NCBI GenBank assembly: GCA_030699935.1
Contig: JAUYKS010000002.1
Location: 81 to 64,080 of the forward strand
DNA from: a bacterium
Lineage (GTDB): Bacteria > Patescibacteriota > SICC01
Direction of reading: 5' to 3'
DNA length: 64,000 bases
Numbering within the stretch: position 1 is the stretch's first letter; each line of letters starts with the position of its first letter. A program made the translations under genes and the position numbers. Of the stretch, positions 1-8,489 are shown in pieces. Under the pieces are notes generated by a model. That model was not told where the DNA came from. It ran no database searches and was given only the letters and a program-made list of their open reading frames with translations.

Positions 1-126
1 TTCGCCGGACTGAACCACGTGGCGATCAAGGTCCTGGCCAGCTACGCCGAGGACCAGATCATCACCACCAACCCGCAACAGCTCGAGGAGCTTGAGAGCG
101 CGGGACTGCGGCCGGAAGGGGGCTAA
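1..126 (+). CDS. C-terminal fragment of a VirB4/TraC-like (DUF87-type) secretion ATPase; 5' part lies outside the window
   Basis: Frame 1 reads FAGLNHVAIKVLASYAEDQIITTNPQQLEELESAGLRPEGG* (TAA 124-126). This resembles the C-terminal motif I recall for VirB4-like ATPases of CPR/conjugative systems. Only 41 aa are visible. Confidence 0.6.
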   Translation, partial: FAGLNHVAIKVLASYAEDQIITTNPQQLEELESAGLRPEGG

Positions 127-741
127 ATGGCGGGTTCGTCCAGCGGCGCACCCTGGGTGATCGTAGGGGGCGCGGTATTCGGCGCAGCGATGCTCATGGG
201 AGCGATCGTCTTGACGGTGGCTTCGCTGGCTGGCACGGGAGGGGGCGGCACCGGAGCTATCGTCGACGCTTCGGGATGTTCCAGCAGCATCGGTACGGCC
301 GACGAAGTCCAGAAGGTCGTCGAGAAGGAACTGGCCAAAGGCAAGGAGCCGCCGCCGGTCCTGATCCCGGCCTACAACGCCGCTTCCTCGAAGTACAAGC
401 TCGGGCCGAAGGGGCCTTCGATCCTGGCTTCGATCAACAAGATCGAGACGGGATTCGGCACCAACCGGGGCTTTTCCAGCGCCGGCGCCCAGGGGTGGAT
501 GCAGTTCATGCCCCCCACTTGGGATGCGTACGGCGTCGACGCGGACAAGGACGGCAAGAAGGACATCCAGGATCCGGACGATGCCATCTTCGCGGCCGCC
601 CGGTACCTTGCCGCGTCCGGAGCACCGAAGGACTGGTATAGTGCCGTCTTCGCCTACAACCATGCGGACTGGTATGTTGACGACGTACTTACGGGAGCGC
701 AGAAGTTCGATCTGCCGCCCGCGGAAGGTTGTACGACATGA
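127..741 (+). CDS. Membrane-anchored lytic transglycosylase (SLT/lysozyme-like)
   Basis: N-terminal TM helix and Gly-rich linker, then SLT motifs ASINKIETGFG, SSAGAQGWMQFMPPTW, DAIFAAARYL, AVFAYNH. Confidence 0.9.
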   Translation: MAGSSSGAPWVIVGGAVFGAAMLMGAIVLTVASLAGTGGGGTGAIVDASGCSSSIGTADEVQKVVEKELAKGKEPPPVLIPAYNAASSKYKLGPKGPSILASINKIETGFGTNRGFSSAGAQGWMQFMPPTWDAYGVDADKDGKKDIQDPDDAIFAAARYLAASGAPKDWYSAVFAYNHADWYVDDVLTGAQKFDLPPAEGCTT

Positions 742-1262
742 AAAAGTATTTCGTCATCGCGGTAGTGCTTGTGCTTGGACTGGCCGTGAGCCTGGTGGTA
801 TTGCTGCTCGGGAACGGCAGGCAGCCGGCGCCGGTCGGAACGTCGACCCCGGCTCCCTCTCCGTCCGTAACGGCCACCCCCGTAGACAATGGTGCCGTAC
901 TCGAGCAATACTCGTCCGAATTCGGAGCAGCCTACTTCAACTATTCGAGAATCGACGATCCAAAGTACCTCGATTCCATCCGTCCGTTCCTCGGCAAGGA
1001 CTTGTATGCGGAAATAGTCGCTGATAACCGGCGCGCGGGGTCCCGGGCGACGGCACTCAGCAGCAAAGTACTGTCCGCGGAGACGACCGAGCAGGACGCG
1101 GACTCCGGCCGGGTCACCCTGCGGATTCGTTCACGGCAAGGCGAACTCATCTTGTTCAACCAGACCCTCACGTTGGATTGGACGAAACGCGGCGAGCGCT
1201 GGGTGATTACCCAGTTCACTCTGGAATCGACGACCCGTAAGCACCCGTATCTTGAGGAGTAA
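738..1262 (+). CDS. Hypothetical membrane-anchored protein (TM, Pro/Ser/Thr linker, possible NTF2/VirB8-like domain)
   Basis: MKKYFVIAVVLVL... start (ATG 738) overlaps the upstream stop (ATGA). The linker is PAPVGTSTPAPSPS. The fold call is a guess. Confidence 0.6.
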   Translation: MKKYFVIAVVLVLGLAVSLVVLLLGNGRQPAPVGTSTPAPSPSVTATPVDNGAVLEQYSSEFGAAYFNYSRIDDPKYLDSIRPFLGKDLYAEIVADNRRAGSRATALSSKVLSAETTEQDADSGRVTLRIRSRQGELILFNQTLTLDWTKRGERWVITQFTLESTTRKHPYLEE

Positions 1263-1264
1263 CC

Positions 1265-1924
1265 ATGGCTGACGAAGACCAGGGCAGGGTCGGACAGGCA
1301 ATGGACGCCGCCAAGGCGGTCAAGCAGGTCGAGCAGGTCGCGAAAGCGGGCCGGGCCGCGATGCTGCTGGCGAATCCTTGGGTATGGGGCGCCGGCGTGG
1401 TGGCGGTGGTGTTCCTAGTGGCGACGGTTATCATTGGTGCGGTCCTCGTCGGGTCGGCGCCAGCCAGCGGCGGGACGGGGCAGGCTCCGGCAGCCGGGGG
1501 CACCGCCGACTGCGGCAAGCCTACCGGAACCCCCAAGGACATCATCGACAAGCTCATCCTGCCGATAGCGCACACGATAGCGTTCAAGGACATAACTCCC
1601 GAGTCGGTGGAAGCGGCGAATGACGCCCACTCGAACAGTACGACCTCAGGCAACACCTCGGAACACAAAGGACCGCCGGAAGTGGCTTGGGCGGCGGATA
1701 TCTCGAATACCGGCGCCACGGCGGAGAACGAAAGCTCCATGACCCCGGAAATGGGCAAGCTGGCGGACACGCTGGCCAAGTGTTTCAACGTCAAGTGGAC
1801 CGGCAGAGGGCTGGTCAATGGCTACAAGGGCGGCTACCGCTTCCAATTGATCTACGGAGTCGGTGGCGCCGAGAACGGCGGGAACCACTTCAATCACGTA
1901 CATATCGGGGTTTCAAAGCAATAA
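1265..1924 (+). CDS. Membrane-anchored putative Zn peptidoglycan peptidase (M15/LAS-like)
   Basis: SD GAGGAG; TM and Gly-rich linker; S-E-H...A-A-D-I-S and C-terminal NHFNHVHIGV (H..D..HxH ligand pattern). Confidence 0.6.
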   Translation: MADEDQGRVGQAMDAAKAVKQVEQVAKAGRAAMLLANPWVWGAGVVAVVFLVATVIIGAVLVGSAPASGGTGQAPAAGGTADCGKPTGTPKDIIDKLILPIAHTIAFKDITPESVEAANDAHSNSTTSGNTSEHKGPPEVAWAADISNTGATAENESSMTPEMGKLADTLAKCFNVKWTGRGLVNGYKGGYRFQLIYGVGGAENGGNHFNHVHIGVSKQ

Positions 1925-1925
1925 C

Positions 1926-2375
1926 ATGCGCAAGAAGATCATCATCACGGTCCTGGTCTGCGGACTGCTCGCGATAAGCGTCGCGGTCGGCGTGGCACTT
2001 ACGTCTCGGGATTCCGGAGGCGAACCGACTCCTGCTCAATCCGCGGTTCCTTCGGTCGTCCCGAGCGCATCACCGTCACCGCCACTCTCCGAGGTCAGGG
2101 TGTTCGAGGAGAGCATCGAGGATGCCGAGACGAAGAACCCCGTGGTCGCCCTGGTCCCGAAACAAACTCTGTACTGGCGGCTGGAGCTACTGGGTTCGGG
2201 GAAGCAGGACGGGAAGCTCGTGATCGACACTACCGTCTATTTGAAGCCGGGTCAGGACAAGCAGGCGATGATCAGGAAGCAGCGGCCGTTCATCGTGCGC
2301 TGGCTGACCAGTATCGGCCAGAAGCCGGGCACGTACATACTGCAGGTAAGGACGGAGGCCCCGCATGTCTATTAA
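1926..2375 (+). CDS. Hypothetical membrane-anchored protein (TM plus Pro/Ser-rich linker)
   Basis: ATG 1926 lies immediately after the upstream stop; MRKKIIITVLVCGLL signal/anchor; PSVVPSASPSPP linker. Confidence 0.65.
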   Translation: MRKKIIITVLVCGLLAISVAVGVALTSRDSGGEPTPAQSAVPSVVPSASPSPPLSEVRVFEESIEDAETKNPVVALVPKQTLYWRLELLGSGKQDGKLVIDTTVYLKPGQDKQAMIRKQRPFIVRWLTSIGQKPGTYILQVRTEAPHVY

Positions 2376-2390
2376 GGTAACGGAGTCCTG

Positions 2391-2957
2391 ATGGGCAAAT
2401 ACGTAGGCATCGGGTTGGCCATAGCGGGAGTAATCCTGTTTATTCCGCTGCTAATCGTCGCCGGCGCGTTGGCGTTCTCGGGCGGTGGCGGATCGCCCCA
2501 GACACAAGTAGGAACCGGCGGCGGAACCGTGTCCGGCAACGTCCAGGAGTTGGCGGGGGAGATTCTCGACCTGATCAACAAGGGGAAGGTAACCCAGCTA
2601 TATAAGAGCGGCACGGGTGATACGATCGCTCAATTGAAGCGCGCCTCCAACGGGCAGAAGTTCCAGATGACTTGCGCCGAGCATGGCGGCCCGAAGGACG
2701 TCGACATCAACCCGGACATCCTGAAGGCGATCATCGAAGCGTCCAAGGTCGCTAAGGTCGACATCAGCAACATCACCGATAAGTGCCATACCAGTCCGAG
2801 CTCCAATCACTACTCGGGAGAGGCGATCGACTTGGGCTGTACCACTACCAACATCAACGCGCTAGAAAAGGCATTCAGTAAGTACGGCGGCTCAAACAAT
2901 GGCGAGGTTTGTCCCGGCAGCCAACACTGGCACTACGACTTCTTGAAAAGCGGCTAG
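2391..2957 (+). CDS. Membrane-anchored putative M15-like Zn peptidase
   Basis: TM and Gly-rich linker; SSNHYSGEAIDL and QHWHYDF match the SxHxxGxAxD...HxH pattern. Confidence 0.7.
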   Translation: MGKYVGIGLAIAGVILFIPLLIVAGALAFSGGGGSPQTQVGTGGGTVSGNVQELAGEILDLINKGKVTQLYKSGTGDTIAQLKRASNGQKFQMTCAEHGGPKDVDINPDILKAIIEASKVAKVDISNITDKCHTSPSSNHYSGEAIDLGCTTTNINALEKAFSKYGGSNNGEVCPGSQHWHYDFLKSG

Positions 2958-3014
2958 GTCGGTTTCGCCGGTTTCGTCGTGGCCGCGCATAAGTCCCTCT
3001 GCTACTCTGGGGGC

Positions 3015-3374
3015 ATGAGTCCCGCCTCGCGCCCAACCGCCAAGAAGAAGCTCGTGCTCGCGATCGTCGGCAAGGACGACGCCGAAAAGACCGTCGCCAC
3101 GCTGACCAAGCAGGACTTCCGGGCCACCCGGATCGATTCGGTCGGCGGGTTCTTGAAGGAGAAGAACGCGATCATCCTGGTCGGCACCGAGCCGAAGCAC
3201 GTCAAGCAGGTCTGCGAGATCGTCAGCAAGGGCGCCAAGAGCCATAAGGAGACGCTGGCCCCGACCCCGACGATGGGCGGGCCGGGCGACTTCTATATGG
3301 CCGATCCGGTGGACGTGACCGTCGGCGGGGCGACCGTCTTCGTGCTCGACGTCGACCAGTTCAAGCGGCTTTAG
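3015..3374 (+). CDS. darA: PII-like cyclic-di-AMP receptor (DarA/PstA family)
   Basis: KLVLAIV...ATRIDSVGGFLKEKN...VTVGGATVFVLDVDQFKRL; ATG 3015 is preceded by TACTCT. Confidence 0.88.
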   Translation: MSPASRPTAKKKLVLAIVGKDDAEKTVATLTKQDFRATRIDSVGGFLKEKNAIILVGTEPKHVKQVCEIVSKGAKSHKETLAPTPTMGGPGDFYMADPVDVTVGGATVFVLDVDQFKRL

Positions 3375-3400
3375 GGCCTCGCGGCTCTCGCCGCGGGCCT
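3375..3400. terminator. GC hairpin between convergent darA and dciA
   Basis: GGCCTCGCGGC-TCTC-GCCGCGGGCC imperfect inverted repeat. Confidence 0.45.
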
Positions 3401-3720
3401 TAGGTGATCTGATCCTCGCCGCGAGCGAGCCCCGGCGCCACCCGCGCCCGGAGTTTGGTGACCGTCTTTTTGCCCAGCTCCGTGTTGGTATGGTCGACGA
3501 CCTCGTCGGCGGCCGCGGTCAGTTCGTGGGACCAGGCGGGGCTGATCACCGCGACGTTCACCGTCCCATTCTTGAACGAAACCGCGCGCATCGGCACCCC
3601 GTGGTCGAAGGCCTTCCCGAGCGCCGCGTCGCACGCCCGGCAGACCGCGCTGGCTTCCACGGGCTTCCGGATCCGGAGCCGGTTCAGCCGATCGGGCAAC
3701 AGGTCCGAGACCTTACGCAT
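3400..3720 (-). CDS. dciA: DciA/DUF721 family helicase-loading protein
   Basis: Follows recF; VSFKNGTVNVAVISPAWSHEL...N..LG...V pattern typical of DUF721. Confidence 0.75.
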   Translation of the reverse strand: MRKVSDLLPDRLNRLRIRKPVEASAVCRACDAALGKAFDHGVPMRAVSFKNGTVNVAVISPAWSHELTAAADEVVDHTNTELGKKTVTKLRARVAPGLARGEDQIT

Positions 3721-4849
3721 TCGGCCGCTCCTTCGCGGGCTTCTCGTGCTGCCCGTCCGTCCGTTCCTTTGGACTGATCTCGATTACCTCCGCGCCTTGG
3801 CGCAGAGAGTCCGGCACCTCGGACGCTTCCGGCGTAGTGATGATCGTCTGGCCCGCCGGCAGGGCGCCTTGCAGAGACTCGGCCCGGGCCGCGTCGAGCT
3901 CCGAGAAGACATCATCGAGCAGCAGGATCGGTTCGCGCTCGGTGATTTTCGCCAGCCAAGCGGTCTCCGCCAACCGCCAGGCCAGAGCGGCGCTCCGGAA
4001 CTCGCCGCCGGAGCCGAACGAGTTAAGCGCCCGTCCGTCCAGCAGGATGGTCCAATCGTCGCGGTGCGGTCCGGCCGTGGTGGTACCGACGGCAATGTCC
4101 TGCCCGCGTCGGGAGCCGAGCAGCGCCTCGAAGTCCGCGATCGGCTCGTACGCGATCGACAGCCGGCCCCGGGCGTGGCCCGAGCGTTTCGTCAGCGAGT
4201 CGTACGCCTGTTGCAGCGCGGCGGCCGACGCCGCGAAGAATTCCATCCGGCCGGCGATCACCCGATCCCCGGCTTCGGCCAATTGCACGTCCCAGACGTC
4301 CAGCTCGGCCTCGGTCGATTCGCGCGCCGCGATCTGTTCGAGCAGCCGGTTCCGCGACGCCAGCGCGCGGTTGAACTTGGCGAGCGCTTCTTGATAAGCG
4401 GCCGCTCCCTGGCCGAGTATCAGGTCGAGCGTCCGGCGGCGGCGGCCCGGCGAGCCGTCCACCAACCGACGGTCCTCGGCGGAGAATAGCACCATCGGGA
4501 AGCGGCGGCGCAGTTCCTTGGTCGGCCTCGCTTTGCCGTCGAGTTCGAACGACTTCTTGATCACCCGCCCGGAGGCATCGAGCGTGATCGCCGCTTTGTG
4601 ACGAGTGATGGAGGGCCCGCCGGCGAACGTCGCCTCGACCCGCGCTTGCGATTCGCCCCAGCTCACCATTTCCGATTCGCGGCCGGCTCGGAAGCTCTTG
4701 CCGGCCGAGAACAGGAACGCCGCCTCAAGCAAGTTCGTCTTGCCCGCCGCGTTCGGCCCGACGATCACCGTCCGCTCGGGAAACGCGAAGTCCGCCTTCC
4801 GGTAGTTCCGGAAGTTACGGAGAGTCAGTTTGGCGAGTTCGAGTTCGAT
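3713..4849 (-). CDS. recF: DNA replication/repair protein RecF; start codon apparently non-canonical
   Basis: LTLRNFRNY, Walker A GPNAAGKTN, GPHRDD, GSGGE, LLLDDVFSELD. The conserved N-terminus extends upstream of GTG 4768 to ATC 4849, bounded by an in-frame TAG at 4859-4861. Confidence 0.9.
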   Translation of the reverse strand: MELELAKLTLRNFRNYRKADFAFPERTVIVGPNAAGKTNLLEAAFLFSAGKSFRAGRESEMVSWGESQARVEATFAGGPSITRHKAAITLDASGRVIKKSFELDGKARPTKELRRRFPMVLFSAEDRRLVDGSPGRRRRTLDLILGQGAAAYQEALAKFNRALASRNRLLEQIAARESTEAELDVWDVQLAEAGDRVIAGRMEFFAASAAALQQAYDSLTKRSGHARGRLSIAYEPIADFEALLGSRRGQDIAVGTTTAGPHRDDWTILLDGRALNSFGSGGEFRSAALAWRLAETAWLAKITEREPILLLDDVFSELDAARAESLQGALPAGQTIITTPEASEVPDSLRQGAEVIEISPKERTDGQHEKPAKERPNA

Positions 4850-4853
4850 GGTT

Positions 4854-5426
4854 TCAGTCTACCGCGTTCTCGAGAGTGATCGGTTCGGCGCAATCGGCGT
4901 CGAAGACCAACGCCTCTTCCGCGATCGCTCTGCTTTGGTCCCGATACATTTTTGTCCACCAGTCCGCGGCTTCGACCTTACCGTCATTCCGAAGCGTGGA
5001 CACAGCCAGGGCGGTTTCCACCGTGTACCCCGATCCGGCGGAAGGCTCTGCTTCAAGATCGGTGACATTTCCCGAGATCACTCGTTGCACTTCGTTCGAT
5101 GTGGTCAGAAGCACCGTCCCAACCCATTGCTCACGAATCGCGCTCGGGGCTCCCCCGTCGGGAACATCAGTAATCCTGATTAGCGTGAAAAACTCCTGCT
5201 CCGGGTCTCTTCCGGATTCGATCCGAAACGCATCAAGCCACTGCGCGCTACCGAAGATGCCCAGTACTTCCTCCGGAAACCGGTCCATTTGCTCGATAAG
5301 ACGTACCATCCTTTCGCGGGCTTCCTCGATTGACTCAATGGTCCGATCCGCGCTGGCAATCCCGGAAGAAACCATCCTTTCGATGAATTCGTCCGCCCTT
5401 TGTTCCGCTGTTTTATCAGCACTCAT
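4854..5426 (-). CDS. Hypothetical acidic protein inserted between dnaN and recF
   Basis: 190-aa ORF, co-oriented, fills the gap exactly; visibly lower GC than its neighbours; no recognised motif. Confidence 0.65.
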   Translation of the reverse strand: MSADKTAEQRADEFIERMVSSGIASADRTIESIEEARERMVRLIEQMDRFPEEVLGIFGSAQWLDAFRIESGRDPEQEFFTLIRITDVPDGGAPSAIREQWVGTVLLTTSNEVQRVISGNVTDLEAEPSAGSGYTVETALAVSTLRNDGKVEAADWWTKMYRDQSRAIAEEALVFDADCAEPITLENAVD

Positions 5427-5432
5427 ATTGGG

Positions 5433-6524
5433 TCACACCCGCAGCGGCATCACTACGTAGAGGTAGTCCTTGGCCTTGCCGCGGACCACGCAGGGATTGA
5501 GCTTGCCGTCGCTTTCGAGCGTGATCGTATCGCCGCCGACGGCGTTGAGGCCGTCCAGTAGGTACCGCGCGTTGAACGCGACCGTGTTCTCTGGGCCGCT
5601 GACCTTGGCCGGGATCGAGCTGTGCGAATCGCCGACCTGGGCGGTCTCGGCCGCCACCTCGACCTTGCCGGGCGCCACGAACGAGATCTTCACTCCGAAG
5701 CCGGCGTCCTCGGAAAACAGCGAGGCGATCCGGATCTTACCCATCAGCTCGTCGCGCTTCACGACCGCCTTGGTGGTCAGTTTCTCGGGGATGATCTGGT
5801 CGTACTTCGGGAACTCACCCTCGAGCAACCGGCTGACCAGCCGGACGTGGTCGGTCTCGAACTGGACTTGGTTCTCGGCGGTGCGGACCGTCACTTCCTC
5901 GGTCTCGACGATCCGGCCGAGCTCCAGCAACGCCTTGGCCGGCACTACCACCTTCAATTCCTCCGGCGCGGACTTCTCGAAGCGCATCGACAGTTCCGCC
6001 AGCCGATAGCTGTCGGTGGCCGCGACTTTGAGCTCCGGGTCCTTGAAGTAGAACAGCACGCCGGAAAGGATCGGCCGGGTCTCGTCCGAAGCGGCCGCGA
6101 TCGCGACCTTCTGGATGATGTCCTTGATGCCGCCCGCCGACATGGTGACCGACTTGCCTTCCTTCACTTCCGGAATGACTGGGAACTCGCTGGCGGCAAT
6201 CCCGTTGATCGTCGACTGCGCGCCGGTGCTCTTGATCACCAGCGTCTGCTCCTTCGTCGAGAGCTCCAGCTTTTCCTCGCCGAGATTATTCACATAGTCG
6301 TTCAGTAACCGGGCCGGAACCGTGATCGATCCTTCCTTCTCGATCTTCGCACCGATCGAGTAGTCGATCCCTAGCTCCAAGTTCGTCGCGGAAATCCGGA
6401 GGCGCCCATCCTTCGTCTCAAGCAACACGTTCGCCAATACCGACAACGTGCCGCGCGGGTTCACCATCCGGCTTACTATGCCGAGTGCTTTAGCGAATTG
6501 ATCTTGGGTAGTGACTAACTTCAT
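5433..6524 (-). CDS. dnaN: DNA polymerase III beta clamp
   Basis: ATNLELGI, RPILSGV, AATDSYRLAE, SRLLEGEFPKY, FNARYLLD, VVMPLRV. Confidence 0.98.
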   Translation of the reverse strand: MKLVTTQDQFAKALGIVSRMVNPRGTLSVLANVLLETKDGRLRISATNLELGIDYSIGAKIEKEGSITVPARLLNDYVNNLGEEKLELSTKEQTLVIKSTGAQSTINGIAASEFPVIPEVKEGKSVTMSAGGIKDIIQKVAIAAASDETRPILSGVLFYFKDPELKVAATDSYRLAELSMRFEKSAPEELKVVVPAKALLELGRIVETEEVTVRTAENQVQFETDHVRLVSRLLEGEFPKYDQIIPEKLTTKAVVKRDELMGKIRIASLFSEDAGFGVKISFVAPGKVEVAAETAQVGDSHSSIPAKVSGPENTVAFNARYLLDGLNAVGGDTITLESDGKLNPCVVRGKAKDYLYVVMPLRV

Positions 6525-6791
6525 ACACAGGTCCTGGTCGGAATTATCTAATGCACACCCCAGACAATTCCCTTCTTATATATATCCAGTTGTTGTAGTA
6601 GGTATTGGGGAAACTGGGGAAAGCGCTGGAAAGTGTCTTTATCATAACCAATCGCTATCCCCACGCCCATGTGGATGACTGGTTAGAAAAAAGTGGGTTA
6701 AAAACGCAGGACGCTCGGCGCCCGATTTCACCCACAGAAACGATTCCGTGATTCACAGCTGATTCCCAGGTTGTAAACATAGTTATCCATA
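6525..6791. other. oriC: Chromosomal replication origin oriC (dnaA-dnaN intergenic region)
   Basis: AT-rich tract 6574-6585 and DnaA-trio-like run CAG TTG TTG TAG TAG 6587-6601. Tandem boxes TGGGGAAAC/TGGGGAAAG at 6606-6623. Further degenerate boxes: TGTGGATGA 6670-6678, TCACCCACA 6728-6736, TGATTCACA 6749-6757, TTATCCATA 6783-6791. Confidence 0.85.
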
Positions 6792-8195
6792 GAGCCGTTC
6801 CTTGATCAGGCTCAGTTCGCGGCGGAGCGGCTCGTCCACCTCGGTGGCGTGGCCGATTTTCCCGACGGCATGGATAGCGGTCGTATGATCGCGACCCCCG
6901 AGCTCCCGGCCAATCTTCGGATAGGAAAGATTCGACTCCTCGCGCAGCAGGTACATCACCATCTGGCGCGGCTTGACGATTTCCTTGAGCCGCTTCGGGC
7001 CCTTCAGGTCCTCGACGCTGACGTCGTAGAACCGGGAGACGGCCTCGAGCACTTGGTCGCAGGAGACCTTCTTGTGCTCGCGCGAGGCCAGCATCGATCC
7101 GAGTACCCGCTCGGCCAACTCGACCGACATCGGCTCGCCGATCAACTCGGCGTTAGCGGCCACCCGGATCAGCGCTCCTTCGAGCTCGCGGACGTTCTGC
7201 TGGAACGACTTGGCGATGAACTCGCAGACTTCGTCGGAAATGTCGTAGCCGCGCTCCCGGGCCTTGGTGCGAAGGATCGCGATGCGGGTCTCGAGCTCCG
7301 GCGGCCCGAGGTCGGCGATCATGCCCATCGTAAGGCGGCTCATCAGCCGTTCCTCAAGCGTAGCGATCGCCTTCGGCGGACGGTCGGAGGTCAGGACGAT
7401 CTGCTTCTCGGAGTCCTTGAGCGCGTTGAAGGTATGGAAGAATTCCTCCTGGGTCTGGACCTTTCCGGCCATGAACTGGATGTCATCGATCATCAGCACG
7501 TCGACCTTGCGGTAGCGGCTCTTGAGGCGGGCGGTCTTGTTGGCTTGGATCGCCGAGATCACCTCGTTGGTGAACTTCTCGGCGGTGACGTAGAGCACTT
7601 CCTTGTCGGTGGTGCGCCGGATCTCGGTGCCGATGGCACGGATCAAGTGGGTTTTGCCGAGACCGACCGGGCCGTAGATGAACAGCGGGTTGTAGGTAGT
7701 GCCGGGACTTTGGGCGACGGCCTTGGCCGCGGCGTGCGCGAGCTGGTTGGAGCTCGAGACGACGAAGTTGTCGAAAGTGCAGCGGACCTGCGGGATCGGT
7801 TTGCTAGAGCCGAGCGACCTGGACATCTCCGAAGCTTCTTGAAATTCGTCGGCTTCGGAATCGGCATCGGTCCCCGCGTTGAAATTCACGTTGGCTCCGG
7901 CTCCGACCCCGGCTCCGGCCGCGGCTGCTGGTCCGGCCGCCGCGGTTTCCGGACGGCCGATCTTGAAGTCGAGCTTGGTCACTTCTGGCACCTGCTTCTT
8001 CAGGGCGGCGAGGATGTCCTCGTTGAATTTCCGGTTCAGCCACTCCTTGGCGAAGACGCTCGGGACCAGGACCTGGGCGGTCGTGCCGCGGACGGCGAGC
8101 AGTTCGGTGTTCTTGAGCCACGTCGAGAAATTCGGACGCGACATGGTCACTTGAAGTTCACCAAGAACGGCCTGCCAGATTTTTTTGGAGTCCAT
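6783..8195 (-). CDS. dnaA: Chromosomal replication initiator DnaA
   Basis: YNPLFIYGPVGLGKTHL, IDDIQF, QEEFFHTFN, NVRELEGAL, GGRDHTT. Confidence 0.99.
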   Translation of the reverse strand: MDSKKIWQAVLGELQVTMSRPNFSTWLKNTELLAVRGTTAQVLVPSVFAKEWLNRKFNEDILAALKKQVPEVTKLDFKIGRPETAAAGPAAAAGAGVGAGANVNFNAGTDADSEADEFQEASEMSRSLGSSKPIPQVRCTFDNFVVSSSNQLAHAAAKAVAQSPGTTYNPLFIYGPVGLGKTHLIRAIGTEIRRTTDKEVLYVTAEKFTNEVISAIQANKTARLKSRYRKVDVLMIDDIQFMAGKVQTQEEFFHTFNALKDSEKQIVLTSDRPPKAIATLEERLMSRLTMGMIADLGPPELETRIAILRTKARERGYDISDEVCEFIAKSFQQNVRELEGALIRVAANAELIGEPMSVELAERVLGSMLASREHKKVSCDQVLEAVSRFYDVSVEDLKGPKRLKEIVKPRQMVMYLLREESNLSYPKIGRELGGRDHTTAIHAVGKIGHATEVDEPLRRELSLIKERLYG

Positions 8196-8270
8196 AGATG
8201 AGGTTTTGATAAGACAGCGGATCGGTCGTGGAATCGGTTGGTGCTGTCGGCTTTAGCAATGATAACAGAG

Positions 8271-8279
8271 CTATCCACA
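8271..8279 (+). promoter_or_regulatory. DnaA box upstream of dnaA (probable autoregulation)
   Basis: CTATCCACA, one mismatch to TTATCCACA, in the dnaA-rpmH intergenic region. Confidence 0.6.
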
Positions 8280-8331
8280 GGATACACGACTCTCCTTGGC
8301 CGGGTCGCGGACGGCACGGTACACTGGACGG

Positions 8332-8475
8332 GTGGTTAAACGAACTTATCAACCGTCCAAGCGTCGGCGGGCCCGCAAACACGGGTTCCGGAAGCGCATG
8401 CGGACGAAAGACGGCCAACAGGTCTTGGCCCGGCGGCGGGCCAAAGGGCGCCAGCGCCTGACGGTGTCCGGGTGA
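8332..8475 (+). CDS. rpmH: 50S ribosomal protein L34 (not in the ORF track)
   Basis: [49 protein letters not shown], 47 aa. Confidence 0.97.
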   Translation: MVKRTYQPSKRRRARKHGFRKRMRTKDGQQVLARRRAKGRQRLTVSG

Positions 8476-8489
8476 TCGCGGGAGCGGTG

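Noticed and set aside
6849-8201. 450-aa + strand ORF opposite dnaA, and similar long antisense ORFs (8336-10090, 24665-27124, 31162-33159, 37293-39311, 53154-55673)
   Set aside because: Shadow ORFs expected from high GC3 codon bias; each mirrors a well-supported gene and has no motifs.
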